DNA of 64,000 nucleotides from Veleropilina oligotropha (Eukaryota): NCBI GenBank assembly GCA_048128005.1, contig JBEUKZ010000025.1, positions 186,001 to 250,000 of the forward strand, read 5' to 3'. Shown piece by piece: positions 10,126 to 20,361 of this stretch (position 1 is its first letter; each line of letters starts with the position of its first letter). The notes under the pieces were generated by a model. It saw only the letters and a program-made list of their open reading frames with translations, ran no database searches and was not told where the DNA came from. The position numbers and the translations under genes were made by a program.

Positions 10126-10483
10126 GCAGCATATATGGGACCCCCCCCCCCCCCTCCCCCTGCTTGCAGATGAGCCTTCCCCGACCCGGTGGCACTTCGT
10201 TCTTAATTGTGGGGAAGCGCCCAAGAAGGGCCTGGCGAAGAGGGAGTTCATGATCCCAAACGCTGGAGGTCGGTTTGGGTTAAACCCAGCCCTCCTAATG
10301 ATCCACCTGACGCCGGTCCAGCCCGCCGGGGGCCCCAAAGCATGTTCCATAAGTACGCTTGGCCTGAATTCGGACAGGTTGACCCTCGCCTTCATCATCA
10401 AGGCCCCGTGGGTGGGCACCTTTTATTTGAACGTTACTGTCGACATGGGGAATCAACAGGCTGAACAATACAGCCACGTATGA
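10122..10483 (+). CDS. Small beta-rich viral protein; probable frameshift in the C-run at 10141-10154
   Basis: ATG at 10122 overlaps the penton stop (ATGA). MSSIYGTPP joins PLPLLADEP..WHFVLNC..FYLNVTVD. Its stop overlaps the next ATG (ATGA, 10480-10483). Confidence 0.6.
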
Positions 10484-11115
10484 TGGACAGCAAGCCATCA
10501 GCGCCAACGCTGTACCCACAGCTTGGTGGCGATGTGCCTTCGGAACTGCCGGAGGCACAGTCTTTCCGACTACAGAAAGTGAATGAGCTTCAGGGACAGC
10601 TAGAACGAGAGAGAGACGCGAGGGCTGTCCTGTACAAGAAGTACCGACGAGGCGTTAATGTCGTTGACGGGATCGATTCGGCCCTGGTCGTGGCGACCCT
10701 TGGTATGGGTAGCGCCGGCATTGGACTGTTGTCCACGATCGTTGCCGCACCCGTGGTCCTAGTGCTGGAATTAGCGGCGTTAGGGTGTGGGCTCGCTAGC
10801 ATGGGTGGAAAATACATTAGCCGACGCCTCGGGGTGAAGGCTAAAAAGCACGACGAGATCCGAGTACTGGCCGACAGCAAACTGAATACCATAACCGACC
10901 ACGTCTCAAAGGCCTTAGCGGACGGGGTGATGTCTGATGATGAATTTCAACTGGTCACAGGGGAGATGAAAAAGTATCGGACATTGAAAGCCGCCCTGCG
11001 TCTCAAGAGTACAAAAGCGCACACCGCGGTTTCACAGACCCAGAGTGAGCTTATTGAGCGTGGTCGTAAAGAGGGTCGCGCAGAGCTGCTGAAAAAAATC
11101 GGAGCTGGCGACTAA
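10480..11115 (+). CDS. Viral helical protein with central hydrophobic hairpin (candidate membrane-active protein)
   Basis: LYPQL..FRLQKVNEL..LYKKYRR, then a ~45-aa hydrophobic Gly/Ala-rich stretch, then KAKKHDEIRVLADSKLNTI..ALADGVMSDDEF. Confidence 0.8.
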   Translation: MMDSKPSAPTLYPQLGGDVPSELPEAQSFRLQKVNELQGQLERERDARAVLYKKYRRGVNVVDGIDSALVVATLGMGSAGIGLLSTIVAAPVVLVLELAALGCGLASMGGKYISRRLGVKAKKHDEIRVLADSKLNTITDHVSKALADGVMSDDEFQLVTGEMKKYRTLKAALRLKSTKAHTAVSQTQSELIERGRKEGRAELLKKIGAGD

Positions 11116-11194
11116 CTATCCAGGTTGAGCGTAGCCACGTCTACCCCCCTCCCCCGTATTAAAGCTAGAACTCGACAGTGATATCTGGACAACC

Positions 11195-11617
11195 ATGAAA
11201 TCCATGCTACTTCTGTGCATTGCCGCGGTGTGCTGGCTAGGGGGTGTCTCTACCCAGGCGTCGAGACACGACACCGCATTAATTCTCGAACATACGTGGG
11301 CCAGGTACCGAAATCACCCCATGTACAACATACGACTCGACCCCTTGCGTAGAAACCTTCTACGAGACCCCACCCCTGATGTATCCCCACCCTCGTGCCA
11401 CTACTTTATTATCGGAGAGAATGAGTGTGGGGTGGGGGCTCCTCCCGACCCAAATACTGTGGTCTGCATCGAATGCGCCGAGCCGTCCTTATGTCGAGGT
11501 AAACATGGGCATTACTTCTCAATGCTATCTACGGGCTGCAGGGGTTCGTGGAATCAGATAGGACAGCACTCGCCATGTAACTGTACGCTAGCCAGCGGGA
11601 ACTACATATTCATATAA
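11195..11617 (+). CDS. Secreted cysteine-rich protein (140 aa)
   Basis: Signal peptide MKSMLLLCIAAVCWLGGVSTQA; eight Cys in the C-terminal half, the last pair as CNC. Confidence 0.7.
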   Translation: MKSMLLLCIAAVCWLGGVSTQASRHDTALILEHTWARYRNHPMYNIRLDPLRRNLLRDPTPDVSPPSCHYFIIGENECGVGAPPDPNTVVCIECAEPSLCRGKHGHYFSMLSTGCRGSWNQIGQHSPCNCTLASGNYIFI

Positions 11618-11626
11618 CAGCTGCTT

Positions 11627-11757
11627 GGGAATTCCCTGCCTTACAATATATTTTCAGGCCTCCACAGTGTTATATTAATAGCCGGCCGGCTGTCTATTGT
11701 TGACTCTACAATCCAGCCTATTCATAGCGTTTCGCTTCGCGTATCTCGGGGATTCCC
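11627..11757 (+). promoter_or_regulatory. Two NF-kappaB/Rel consensus sites in the viral terminal region
   Basis: GGGAATTCCC at 11627-11636 and GGGGATTCCC at 11748-11757, both followed by TGCC; both fit GGGRNWYYCC. Confidence 0.45.
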
Positions 11758-12027
11758 TGCCCGCAATGACTTGAAACCATGAAACAATAGACGCCTATAG
11801 CCTAATGGGTTTCTCAGCGGGTATGAATAGAAGCGCTTCGCCTATCAAGATGCGCATAGCCGAGTCTTTAGAAATACCTCGTCGCGCCTATTGTTTCATT
11901 GTTTACTCTCGCTCACAAGCAGCTATCACAAGCAGCGTATCTGTCTGGCTGACCCAGTTAAAAAAAGATTTTGTCTAACGCATTTCTCGTGGCACAGATA
12001 AAAAGAGATTCGCTCCAGATTTGCATG

Positions 12028-12111
12028 GTCAGCGAGAAAGCTGTAACCAATGTTTTGATTTCACAAGATTCAGTTACCAGAAACTTTTTCGGTTACAGCT
12101 TTCTGGCTGAC
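12028..12111. repeat. 21-bp inverted repeat (1 mismatch)
   Basis: GTCAGCGAGAAAGCTGTAACC (12028-12048) pairs with GGTTACAGCTTTCTGGCTGAC (12091-12111). Confidence 0.8.
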
Positions 12112-12297
12112 ATGGCAGCTTTTGAGCTAAGTCATTGTCACGTGGCAATAAAGATTCTCGAGAACGGGAGCACTAGGTCAGCCACAGGCTATGAATACAC
12201 CAGGCAGTAACAAAGGAGTTCTCCACTATTCTAAGCTACCCTAGTTTCGATAGACGCGCTCTGTACACATGGTGACTTTTTGTAATACAATCCCTAC

Positions 12298-12421
12298 CCT
12301 CAGTCCCGAAATAGGGCTGGGAGCCTCCACCCCTGGGGACCTGGGCCCCACCCTAACTTCCTCTGAAATACCCCGGGGCTCGTACTACACTACCTCAGTT
12401 CTGAAATAGTGCTGGGAGCCT
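12298..12421 (+). repeat. 29-bp direct repeat near the viral terminus
   Basis: CCTCAGTCCCGAAATAGGGCTGGGAGCCT (12298-12326) versus CCTCAGTTCTGAAATAGTGCTGGGAGCCT (12393-12421). Confidence 0.8.
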
Positions 12422-13892
12422 TATTTTTCCATTCTAAAAAGTCCAATCACCCCCCCTGCTGCTCCTTTTTACCGATCACTCCAACACAAAAGTTTGTAAC
12501 GGGCGCCATGGCCATGCAGCTCCGCAGCGAACACAAATATTATATATTTAATAAAATAAATACTTTGTTATTTGTCTTTACTTGTAATTTATTGCTTTAA
12601 ATACATTTTTTATATGTACATTTTGTCTGCGATTTTTTTTAAAGACCTGTTAAAGAAAACGTTATTTTTTTTACAAGATTATGTAAAGGGAGATAACTGG
12701 ATACGATGTCTCAAAATAGTTTGATGGCGGGATATTCAAATTTTCTGACCGACTTCTTCCGTTGTTCTCGTGAGACTTTGTTCTGTGACCGATAGACGGC
12801 GCTGTGTTTACAAATGGCGACCACTGCCATGAAGATATCTTCACACGGTTCGTACCGAATTCGAGATCATTAGATACAGAATAAATTGTGTTGTGTTACG
12901 CAAAGTCATCTGACGATGTATTATTTGCCAATTTAAATATTTTGCCATTCCACAATTAATTAATAGCAGTGATTTACTATGTTGGGTGGGATATCCCATG
13001 TCCGCTTTCAAGTGACCTATATTTAGATACGATAACTTCAGTCTGACATACAATGACCGATATGGGTTTCAATATGGACTATATAAAACGAATAGAAGTC
13101 ATGGCAACACATATTTAGAATGATTTGAGAATTAAACCCAGGAAACGCCCAAACATAATTCATATACTAGTAATCTATTTTTGACTTTTATTTGAAATCA
13201 TATTGGTGGGTGTGTATGAGGTGTGTACGGATCGTCCAATCAAAAACTTTTCCAGTTTTTCGGCAAGCCTCGTTTTGGCGTCACAAGTTTTTAATAGCAC
13301 CTTTATCAGGCCCTCTCGGACGAGGTTTATCCGGATGTGCGCAGAGGCCTGATGCGCATGATGCTAATACCGAGTATCCCGAATAAAATAGTACGGCGCA
13401 TTCGGGAAAAGATGGCGGAAAATTGTACAGAAGTGTAAGTTATATGCGCGCGCATCGATTCGGCATATACCGAGTATCCTGACATTCCAACGCTTCCACG
13501 ATTGGCATTCCCGATCGGTATACCGACCACGTGACAGGAATAAACGGCAAATGCCGATCGGCGTAACCAAACAAGTTCGTCATGTACTAATGTTAAATTG
13601 CGAACGTAAACAAACAAGGTTGTGCCCAGTTACAATAAATAGCACGGACAGTGGTTAATTTCTCGTCAACTTATTATTAACTCCTAACATGCGCAGTAGA
13701 CCACCTATTGTCTTTAAATAAAATATAATACCACAAGTGCCAATATAATATCATATCAGTGTGTAAGATTGTTATTAACCACGATTTCGACTTTAACTCC
13801 ATGGAAAGACATGATGGAGTTAAGACAATGGTTATCGGTTGCGTCAATCCTCGGGTTAAAGCCCTGAACCTAGTTTACTAAGTTAACGATAT

Positions 13893-15990
13893 AAATTTGA
13901 TTATGGGAACATTGTACATGTCTCTGTTCGACAGTCTTACCTCAAACCACTAGATCCCATTAATAACCCAGGGCTTCGGTTTGCTCTTGGGGGCTTTCGC
14001 ACATCACCCATGGAAAGCCTCTACGTCGAAGCAAATGAACCATCACTCAATCACAGACATCTAAATGAACCATCACTCAATCACAGACATCTAAATCAAC
14101 CCAGCTATCTAAACCTTTTTCTCACCAAATTACTAAAATCTATTTCAGACAAAACCTAAAGCAATTCCAACATTTGGCATCCGCATAAAACCAGATTTTG
14201 AAAATTTAGGCATACATTTAGATCAAATTGAATTAAATTCCATTTCGGATACACCACCATGGACACTAATAGTATAATAGTACCAATGATCGACCTTCAG
14301 CTGACATAACTTAAAAATCAGACACTGACATAACTGCATACTTATCTGAAGTAAATGATTTGAAACTAAAATGTTCTGATGGGGATCGTGTGGGTGCTGC
14401 GGCTGTTACCGGCAGACACTGTTTTTAATTCGGTTTAGCGCCACTGTATTTACATCTGAATTAAAAGGAATTGATTTGGCATTTGATTTTATCCTTGACA
14501 GTGCTAAAAACCTTTTTATCATTTATTCCGATTCTCTCTCGAGCCTTCAAGCATTGAGGGAACAAATGGAAATGTATTGACACAACAGTTATTGCAAATA
14601 TATAGAGGATCTTATATGAGTGGTAATGTAATATCACATTTATGAAACGAGTTTAACTAATTTTCATATTTTCCAAGGCTTGCCGAGGAAAATATGAAAA
14701 TTAGTTAAACAAGTTTCATAAATGTGATATTACATTACTACGAGTGTGAGGTTCTATTTATCACATATTGCTCTTTGGTACGAAACAAACTACAAAACAC
14801 ACGAAATTTCCTTACCGGCATGAAGAATCAGCAGTAGAGTGAAGGCGACATTACGGCGAAGTGATATGTAAACAGTTTAATGCAAAAGGACATCGTGTTA
14901 ACTCATTACATAAATTAATAACAATGCCCTCTAAAAAGAGTGCGACAGTAGCTGATTAACTGACATTAATTAAATAACTAACAAATATTATATGAAACTG
15001 AAACGATATAACTTTATATAAACTATATGAACATATTAGAATAACAATTTTCATTAGGATTTAAAACTATCTGCCAAAACAGTAACGCGGGATATATGTG
15101 TCGCTGACCGGTTTGAATCTGTCATTGACGTCTGCTATCGCGGAGAAGCTATGTATATGTACCCCAGGTCCTGCATATATGTGATTGCCATGTCTGCAAT
15201 ATCGTTACCTCGAAATTAGTTCCAATAATCTCTAACATGTTGTTGTTTTGTGGCCGTTGGTATACATGTTTCCACTATCGCCGCCATAATGTCAACATTA
15301 CAAATATTGGCGGCAATCTCATTATGACATTATAGTAAACAATACGTAGTAAAAACAAGAGGTGCGCTCGACCTTTAGTGACACGCAGTTCTATTGGCTG
15401 TTCTAATTTCATTCATTAAATCATCCAATCACATTTCAAGCAGGCTTTAATACACGCGTCTAATACGAAGAATAAGACACAGTGTTGCACTATGGGAACA
15501 TGACCTAGATATGTGATAAATAATAATCTCTAATGAAAAATGACATCATTTTATGCTGGATATCGAGCCATATTGGCATCGAAGGCAATGAAAAGACTGA
15601 TAAAGCAGAAAAATCAGCTTTACATGTTGACCAGCCTATAAATTGAAAAATTCCACATTCAGATGATTGCACGGGGAATAAACTGCAGAATGTCCGACCT
15701 CCTCCTTTACAGGTCCCTACTCCGCGAAGAGGTTGCCTTGACCAGAGTGTGAATCGGACATTATTATTACACTCACTCCTATGTTCTAAATGGGGATCCA
15801 CCACCCGAGTGTATTCGTTGTCCGTCAGACCTAACAGTCAAACTAATATAAACATTTATTGTTGGAATGCGTTGATTTAGACCCAATACGTCAAAATATT
15901 TTAGAGCACTATCACTTCAAGAACTATTTAGTAATTTAAAAATTGATGTCATTTTTGCCTTTTTAAAAGAAGCTTGTTTATATATTTTAT
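13893..15990 (+). pseudogene. Decayed 3' part of an RNase H-containing LINE (I/Ingi/Nimb-like), interrupted by a MITE
   Basis: Remnants GLRFALGAFRTSPMESLYVEANEP, IYSDSLSSLQAL, W..HIGIEGNE..DKA.K; many stops and shifts. Confidence 0.8.
14601..15520 (+). mobile_element. Non-autonomous element with long subterminal hairpin (TAGAGGAT...TGATAAA family)
   Basis: Absent from the duplicate copy at ~23290. ~55-bp-arm palindrome at ~14618-14745. TTTATCACATAT near 14758 is inverted to the 3' end. Confidence 0.8.
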
Positions 15991-16084
15991 AAACATTAAC
16001 CCTTTTACTTTTGCAAATCTATATTTGACAAATTAAACCCTTTTACTTTTACACATCTGCTGGCAGAAAACTTTAATTTATATT

Positions 16085-16175
16085 GATTCAAATAGCATCT
16101 AAAGTCTATCGACCTGATTATGACTGAAATATTGTTGCCGTGGTCGTTAAGCATCAATTCAATCAATCAATCAAT
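16085..16175 (+). repeat. Probable SINE/LINE 3' end with (ATCA)n tail (second copy ~23935-24005)
   Basis: GACTGAAATATTGTTGCCGTGGTCGTTAAGCATCAATTCAATCAATCAATCAAT. Confidence 0.5.
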
Positions 16176-16205
16176 TACCATGGTCATTAAACATGCTTTA
16201 TCAAC

Positions 16206-16756
16206 CACAGGGGCCCGTAACGTTGCTTATCGTTCGACTGTTTCTGTTTGACGATTGGCGCAGTTCATTGTTACTATATAATATAGACAAGGGAAGACAC
16301 TAAGGAAGGGACACATGATGCATCATCCCGACATTTCACTGAATTATTTCATTTGTCAAAAGATGTTGGTTTGAATAGTGACCAATGACCAGCGTGTGCT
16401 GCTCTCTACTCGATAACATGACGAATAAATTGCAAATTATGCGTATTTAACACTCGGCGTTGACACTATCGATAACTAGGGTGTTCAACAAACAATATAT
16501 TGAAAAATGAACTTACATACCTCTTGCAAACAATTACTAAGTCTCTCTTGTAAACAACAACTAAATAAACGGGACACAAATGATCCTTCTTCCCGAATTT
16601 GACATATTCGAACCAACATCTTTTGACAAATGTTATAATTCAGTGAAATGTCCCGTCCTTCGTGTCCTTCCTTGTCTATATTATATAGTAACAATGAACT
16701 GCGCCAATCGCCAAACGGAAACAGACGAACGATAAGCAACGTTACTGGCCCCTGTG
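16206..16756. mobile_element. hAT-like MITE with long TIRs and 8-bp TSD
   Basis: Ends CACAGGGGCC...GGCCCCTGTG, ~170-bp imperfect TIRs, TSD TTATCAAC at 16198-16205 and 16757-16764. Confidence 0.85.
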
Positions 16757-16939
16757 TTATCAACCAACTCCGTTTAGAAAAAACTTAAAAACACTTCTTT
16801 CGACAATACTACATCTAGATGCTTTCAATATGTATATGTATACTCTGCTTTTTATCTGTTATTAAGCGCTTTTGAGCATTTCGATATGGAAACCGTGCTA
16901 AACAAAAAGCAATTTATTATTTTATTTTAATTTAACTTT

Positions 16940-17579
16940 ACCTTTTATCTCCAATGTTTTAGAGAAATTGGTGGCTTGTCAACTGCAACATTATTTATCA
17001 ACCACAGGTTTATGCAAACATCTTCAGTCAGCTTATAGAGCAAACCACAGTATATAATCTGGTTTAATTAAGGTTCAGAATGAAAAAGTTTGCGCCATTG
17101 CATACAAGAAAGTTGCTTTACTTGTTCTCTTAGACCTGCGGGCAGCATTTGATACAGTTGACCATCATCTACTGATGTCTACACTTCGTAAACTTGGTGT
17201 ATCTGGTACAATCGTGGTGTGGTTTGCATCATATTTATCAAATCGCTGCTTGTTAGAATGTCCGCATTTCCAAATCGATATCACATGCACAGCAATTAAC
17301 TTGATGGGGTTCCAAAAGGCTCAGCACTAGGACCAATTTTGTTTACCTTGTACCTTATATCTCTGGGGCATCTCATAAGTAAAGGTTATTTCACTAGGTT
17401 GAGGGCTTTAACTTCATGAAAAGACCTGCTGGAGTTAAGACAATGGGTATCGGGCGAGTCAATGCGAGGGCTTTAGCCCGAGGATTGACGCAACCGATGC
17501 CAAAACAGAAGCGATTGTTATCTCTTCCAAGCGTTTGCCACTGTGAGATCTAATATCAGCACTTAAGGTGGGCGATACT
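16940..17579 (+). pseudogene. Decayed L2/CR1-group RT fragment (continues only in copy 2)
   Basis: LEKLVACQL..QSAYRANHS..LLVLLDLRAAFDTVDH..WFASYLSNR. Confidence 0.75.
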
Positions 17580-18166
17580 ATAATAATAATAATAATAAAT
17601 TTATTTACCATAACATTATATAACAATTATAATACACACAAAATAATATAATAATTATAATATATATACAAAATTCGTTTGAAATAATTATTGGTATATA
17701 TACAGATGCATTTATAAATGCATAAACATAAATACACATACATAATTATACATATTCACATACGTGCATACATATAAACACATATGTATATAATAATGAC
17801 TATTATACACATACATACACACATATGCCTACATGCATACGCATACATACGTGCATGCATATAAAATAATATGTAAATATATAATTAACTTTTTATAGAG
17901 AATAAGTATAAAGTATAAATATAATAAATATGTTTGTTATGGAAGGATGATCTATGAAACCCTTTCAGGCTTATTATTAGATACCCTTTTGCTGTTGTTT
18001 AAAATATAATAAATATGTAAGTACATAATGTAAATATAATATTATAATGTATACAGATGCGATTATGTTACAAAATATTGTGGTAAATCAATGATACTCA
18101 TTAAGAAGATTTAGTTTTAAATGGTTTTTAAACATATAAATGGAAGATGATTTTCTGATAGATAAT

Positions 18167-19741
18167 TCAAGAGAATTCCACAGAAATGGACCTTGATATT
18201 TCATTGAAAACATTCTCACATTTATTGATATGATATGTCTGTTCATTAGTGTGAAAGTACTTTTTAAACGTTGCCGGCAACAAATTGTTAAAATATCTAA
18301 ACATAAAATTTAAGGTTTGATATTTGTTAATGTCATAAATAGTTAATTGATGAAATCGTTTAAAAAGAGGTGAGGAGTGTTCAAGATAGCCAGATAAAGA
18401 AATAATACGTATTGCTCTCTTTTGAAGCATAAATAATTTTCGCAATCTTTGTTTATAAGTAGATGCCCATACAATATTACAATATTGAAAATATGGCAGT
18501 ATTAAGGTGTTGTAAAGTGTTGGTAGAACATAAGATGGAAGTTTATATTTAAGCTTATTTATCACACCTATACTCTTTGATATCTTTTTTTTAATATCAT
18601 CAATATGATATTGCCAAATTAACTTGTTGTCAATCGTTATTCCAAGAAATTTTGTATGAGTGACTATATTTATTTCATTTCCATCAATTTGTATTAAATT
18701 ATCGTTATACATATTATGTTTGTTCGAAAATATTATACAATTTGTTTTCTTAATATTTAATGATAGTTTATTAGCTTTAAACCACAAAGTAACGTTCTTT
18801 AATTCATAATTTATTGTGTATTTTAATGTATCAAAATTTTCGTGAGTGAAAAATATATTTGTATCGTCCGCAAATAATATGAATTTCAGAACATCGGTTG
18901 AATTTACGAGGTCATTAATGTATAAGAGAAAGAGTAAAGGTCCCAACGTTGAGTCTTGAGGGACACCACATGTAATGTAATTTGAATCTGATAAAGTATT
19001 GTTAGACGATGTAAATTGCTGTCGATTCGATAAATAACTTTTAAACCATTGAAGCGGGTTTCCTCTAATACCATAAAATTCTAATTTATTTTCAAGAATT
19101 TTATGATTGATGGTGTCAAATGCTTTCGAAAGGTCGATAAATACACCAATTGTGTACTTTTTGTTCTCAATTGATTCAGTTATTTTGTCTATCAGCTCAA
19201 TTAATGCCATAAACGTTGAGTGTTTTTTGCGAAAACCGTACTGCTTATCATAGAGTATTTGATTTTTATCTAGGTAATCCATAAGTTTCAGATAAGATAT
19301 TTTTTCAAATATTTTTGAAGATGTCGATAACACGGAGATAGGTCTATAGTTAGAGAATATTTGAGAATCTCCACTTTTGAACAAGGGAACAACTTTAGCT
19401 ATTTTAAGTTTATCTGGAAATATTCCAAATTGTAGGGATTTGTTTATTAAAAACTCCAACGGTTGTAGGATGTCTTGATATGTTTGCTTAACAATAGATG
19501 GTGATATGTCGTCATGTCCGCTACTTTTGCCCGATTTGAATTGTAATATTACGTTTTCAACGTCTTTTTCGGTAGCAGGGGTAAAATAGAAAGATCTGCA
19601 ATAATCACCAGACATATAATCCATATAGTTGCTGTCTACATTTTGGATCTTAGATGCTAAGTTAGGGCCGACATTTATGAAATAATCATTGAATGAATTT
19701 GCTATTGTTTTATTTCCTGTTATTGACGTACCGTTTTTCAT
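18167..19741 (-). CDS. LINE ORF2 reverse transcriptase domain (partial)
   Basis: NYRPIS, QYGFR, FIDLSKAFDT, GVPQDSTLGPLLF, FADDT, KFLGI motifs. Confidence 0.92.
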   Translation of the reverse strand: MKNGTSITGNKTIANSFNDYFINVGPNLASKIQNVDSNYMDYMSGDYCRSFYFTPATEKDVENVILQFKSGKSSGHDDISPSIVKQTYQDILQPLEFLINKSLQFGIFPDKLKIAKVVPLFKSGDSQIFSNYRPISVLSTSSKIFEKISYLKLMDYLDKNQILYDKQYGFRKKHSTFMALIELIDKITESIENKKYTIGVFIDLSKAFDTINHKILENKLEFYGIRGNPLQWFKSYLSNRQQFTSSNNTLSDSNYITCGVPQDSTLGPLLFLLYINDLVNSTDVLKFILFADDTNIFFTHENFDTLKYTINYELKNVTLWFKANKLSLNIKKTNCIIFSNKHNMYNDNLIQIDGNEINIVTHTKFLGITIDNKLIWQYHIDDIKKKISKSIGVINKLKYKLPSYVLPTLYNTLILPYFQYCNIVWASTYKQRLRKLFMLQKRAIRIISLSGYLEHSSPLFKRFHQLTIYDINKYQTLNFMFRYFNNLLPATFKKYFHTNEQTYHINKCENVFNEISRSISVEFS

Positions 19742-19899
19742 AAATAAATTTGGAAAATTACTTCCTGTATTTCTTTTATTTATTGCTGATTTTATTATCT
19801 GCCATGTTTGTTTAAGATTATTTTTTGATTGCTCTAATTTTAATGCGTAATATCTTTTTTCACTTATTCTTAGTAAATGCGATAACTTATTCTTGTATT

Positions 19900-20361
19900 T
19901 TTATGTCTTGACCTTTTTGTAAAAAAGGACAAGACATTATCAAATGGTCCGTGTGTATATACTTATATACTTATATACTTATATACTTATATATATATAT
20001 ATATATATCCGTCGATTTATTTGAAAACTACCCGCTCAAATTTCACCAAAATTGGTACACACATTCCCAAGAGTATTTGTAGGTTGTGTATATAACTTTC
20101 GCGACACAATTTTGCAAAAATATGCATTTATTGAGCACTTTTATCCATATTTGTATATAACGGATGTCTAATATTGCAAGCAAATGGCAATGACGTCATT
20201 ACGACGTCGCCTTAGATTAATCGTCATTTGGTGACGTCACATTCGACGGGGTAGTAAATTAAGCCATGAAGTACTTGCACTTAGCCATTGTATTAACTGT
20301 TATGAAAATTTGAGGGAAATAAAGAAAGGTCAAGACATATTTCAAACGCGTCGTTCTTGTT
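19900..20361 (+). mobile_element. Helentron-associated non-autonomous element (HINE/DINE-1-like), family A
   Basis: Inserted in a T-run without TSD. 5' hairpin TGTCTTGACCTTTT/AAAAGGACAAGACA, (TATATACT)n microsatellite, 3' subTIR AAAGGTCAAGACA. Same family at 46259-46725 (minus), fragment at 29469-29540. Confidence 0.82.

Larger units (their letters stand above)
1..12540. mobile_element. Endogenous Polinton/Maverick-like (adintovirus-like) dsDNA virus, right-hand part; left end outside window
   Basis: Intronless, tightly packed, visibly GC-rich block with PolB tail/helicase, rve integrase, A32-like ATPase, major and minor capsid genes. Abrupt switch to AT-rich DNA near 12.53-12.55 kb. Exact terminus and TIR cannot be confirmed without the other end. 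Confidence 0.9.
13367..17579 (+). repeat. Segmental direct duplication, copy 1 (copy 2 at 21992-25428)
   Basis: Colinear match from ATACCGAGTATCCCG to GGCGATACT, with scattered substitutions, small indels and a copy-1-specific insertion at ~14601-15520. Confidence 0.93.

Noticed and set aside
125..10892. Numerous antisense or alternate-frame ORFs in the viral block (e.g. 4859-5473, 2061-2516, 3780-4253, 10590-10892)
   Set aside because: Shadows of real genes in GC-rich DNA; no motifs.
1..11617. Bacterial or phage contamination of the assembly
   Set aside because: Gene set (rve integrase, A32 ATPase, penton, signal-peptide Cys-rich protein) is that of eukaryotic Polinton-like viruses, and it runs directly into host repeats.
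12421..12560. Canonical Polinton terminus with 6-bp TSD
   Set aside because: No clear (AGT)n/(ACT)n end seen and the other end is outside the window; boundary is placed by composition only.
13327..13617. Repeated ORF (also 21913-22254)
   Set aside because: Lies in duplicated repeat DNA with a non-ATG start and no recognisable domain.
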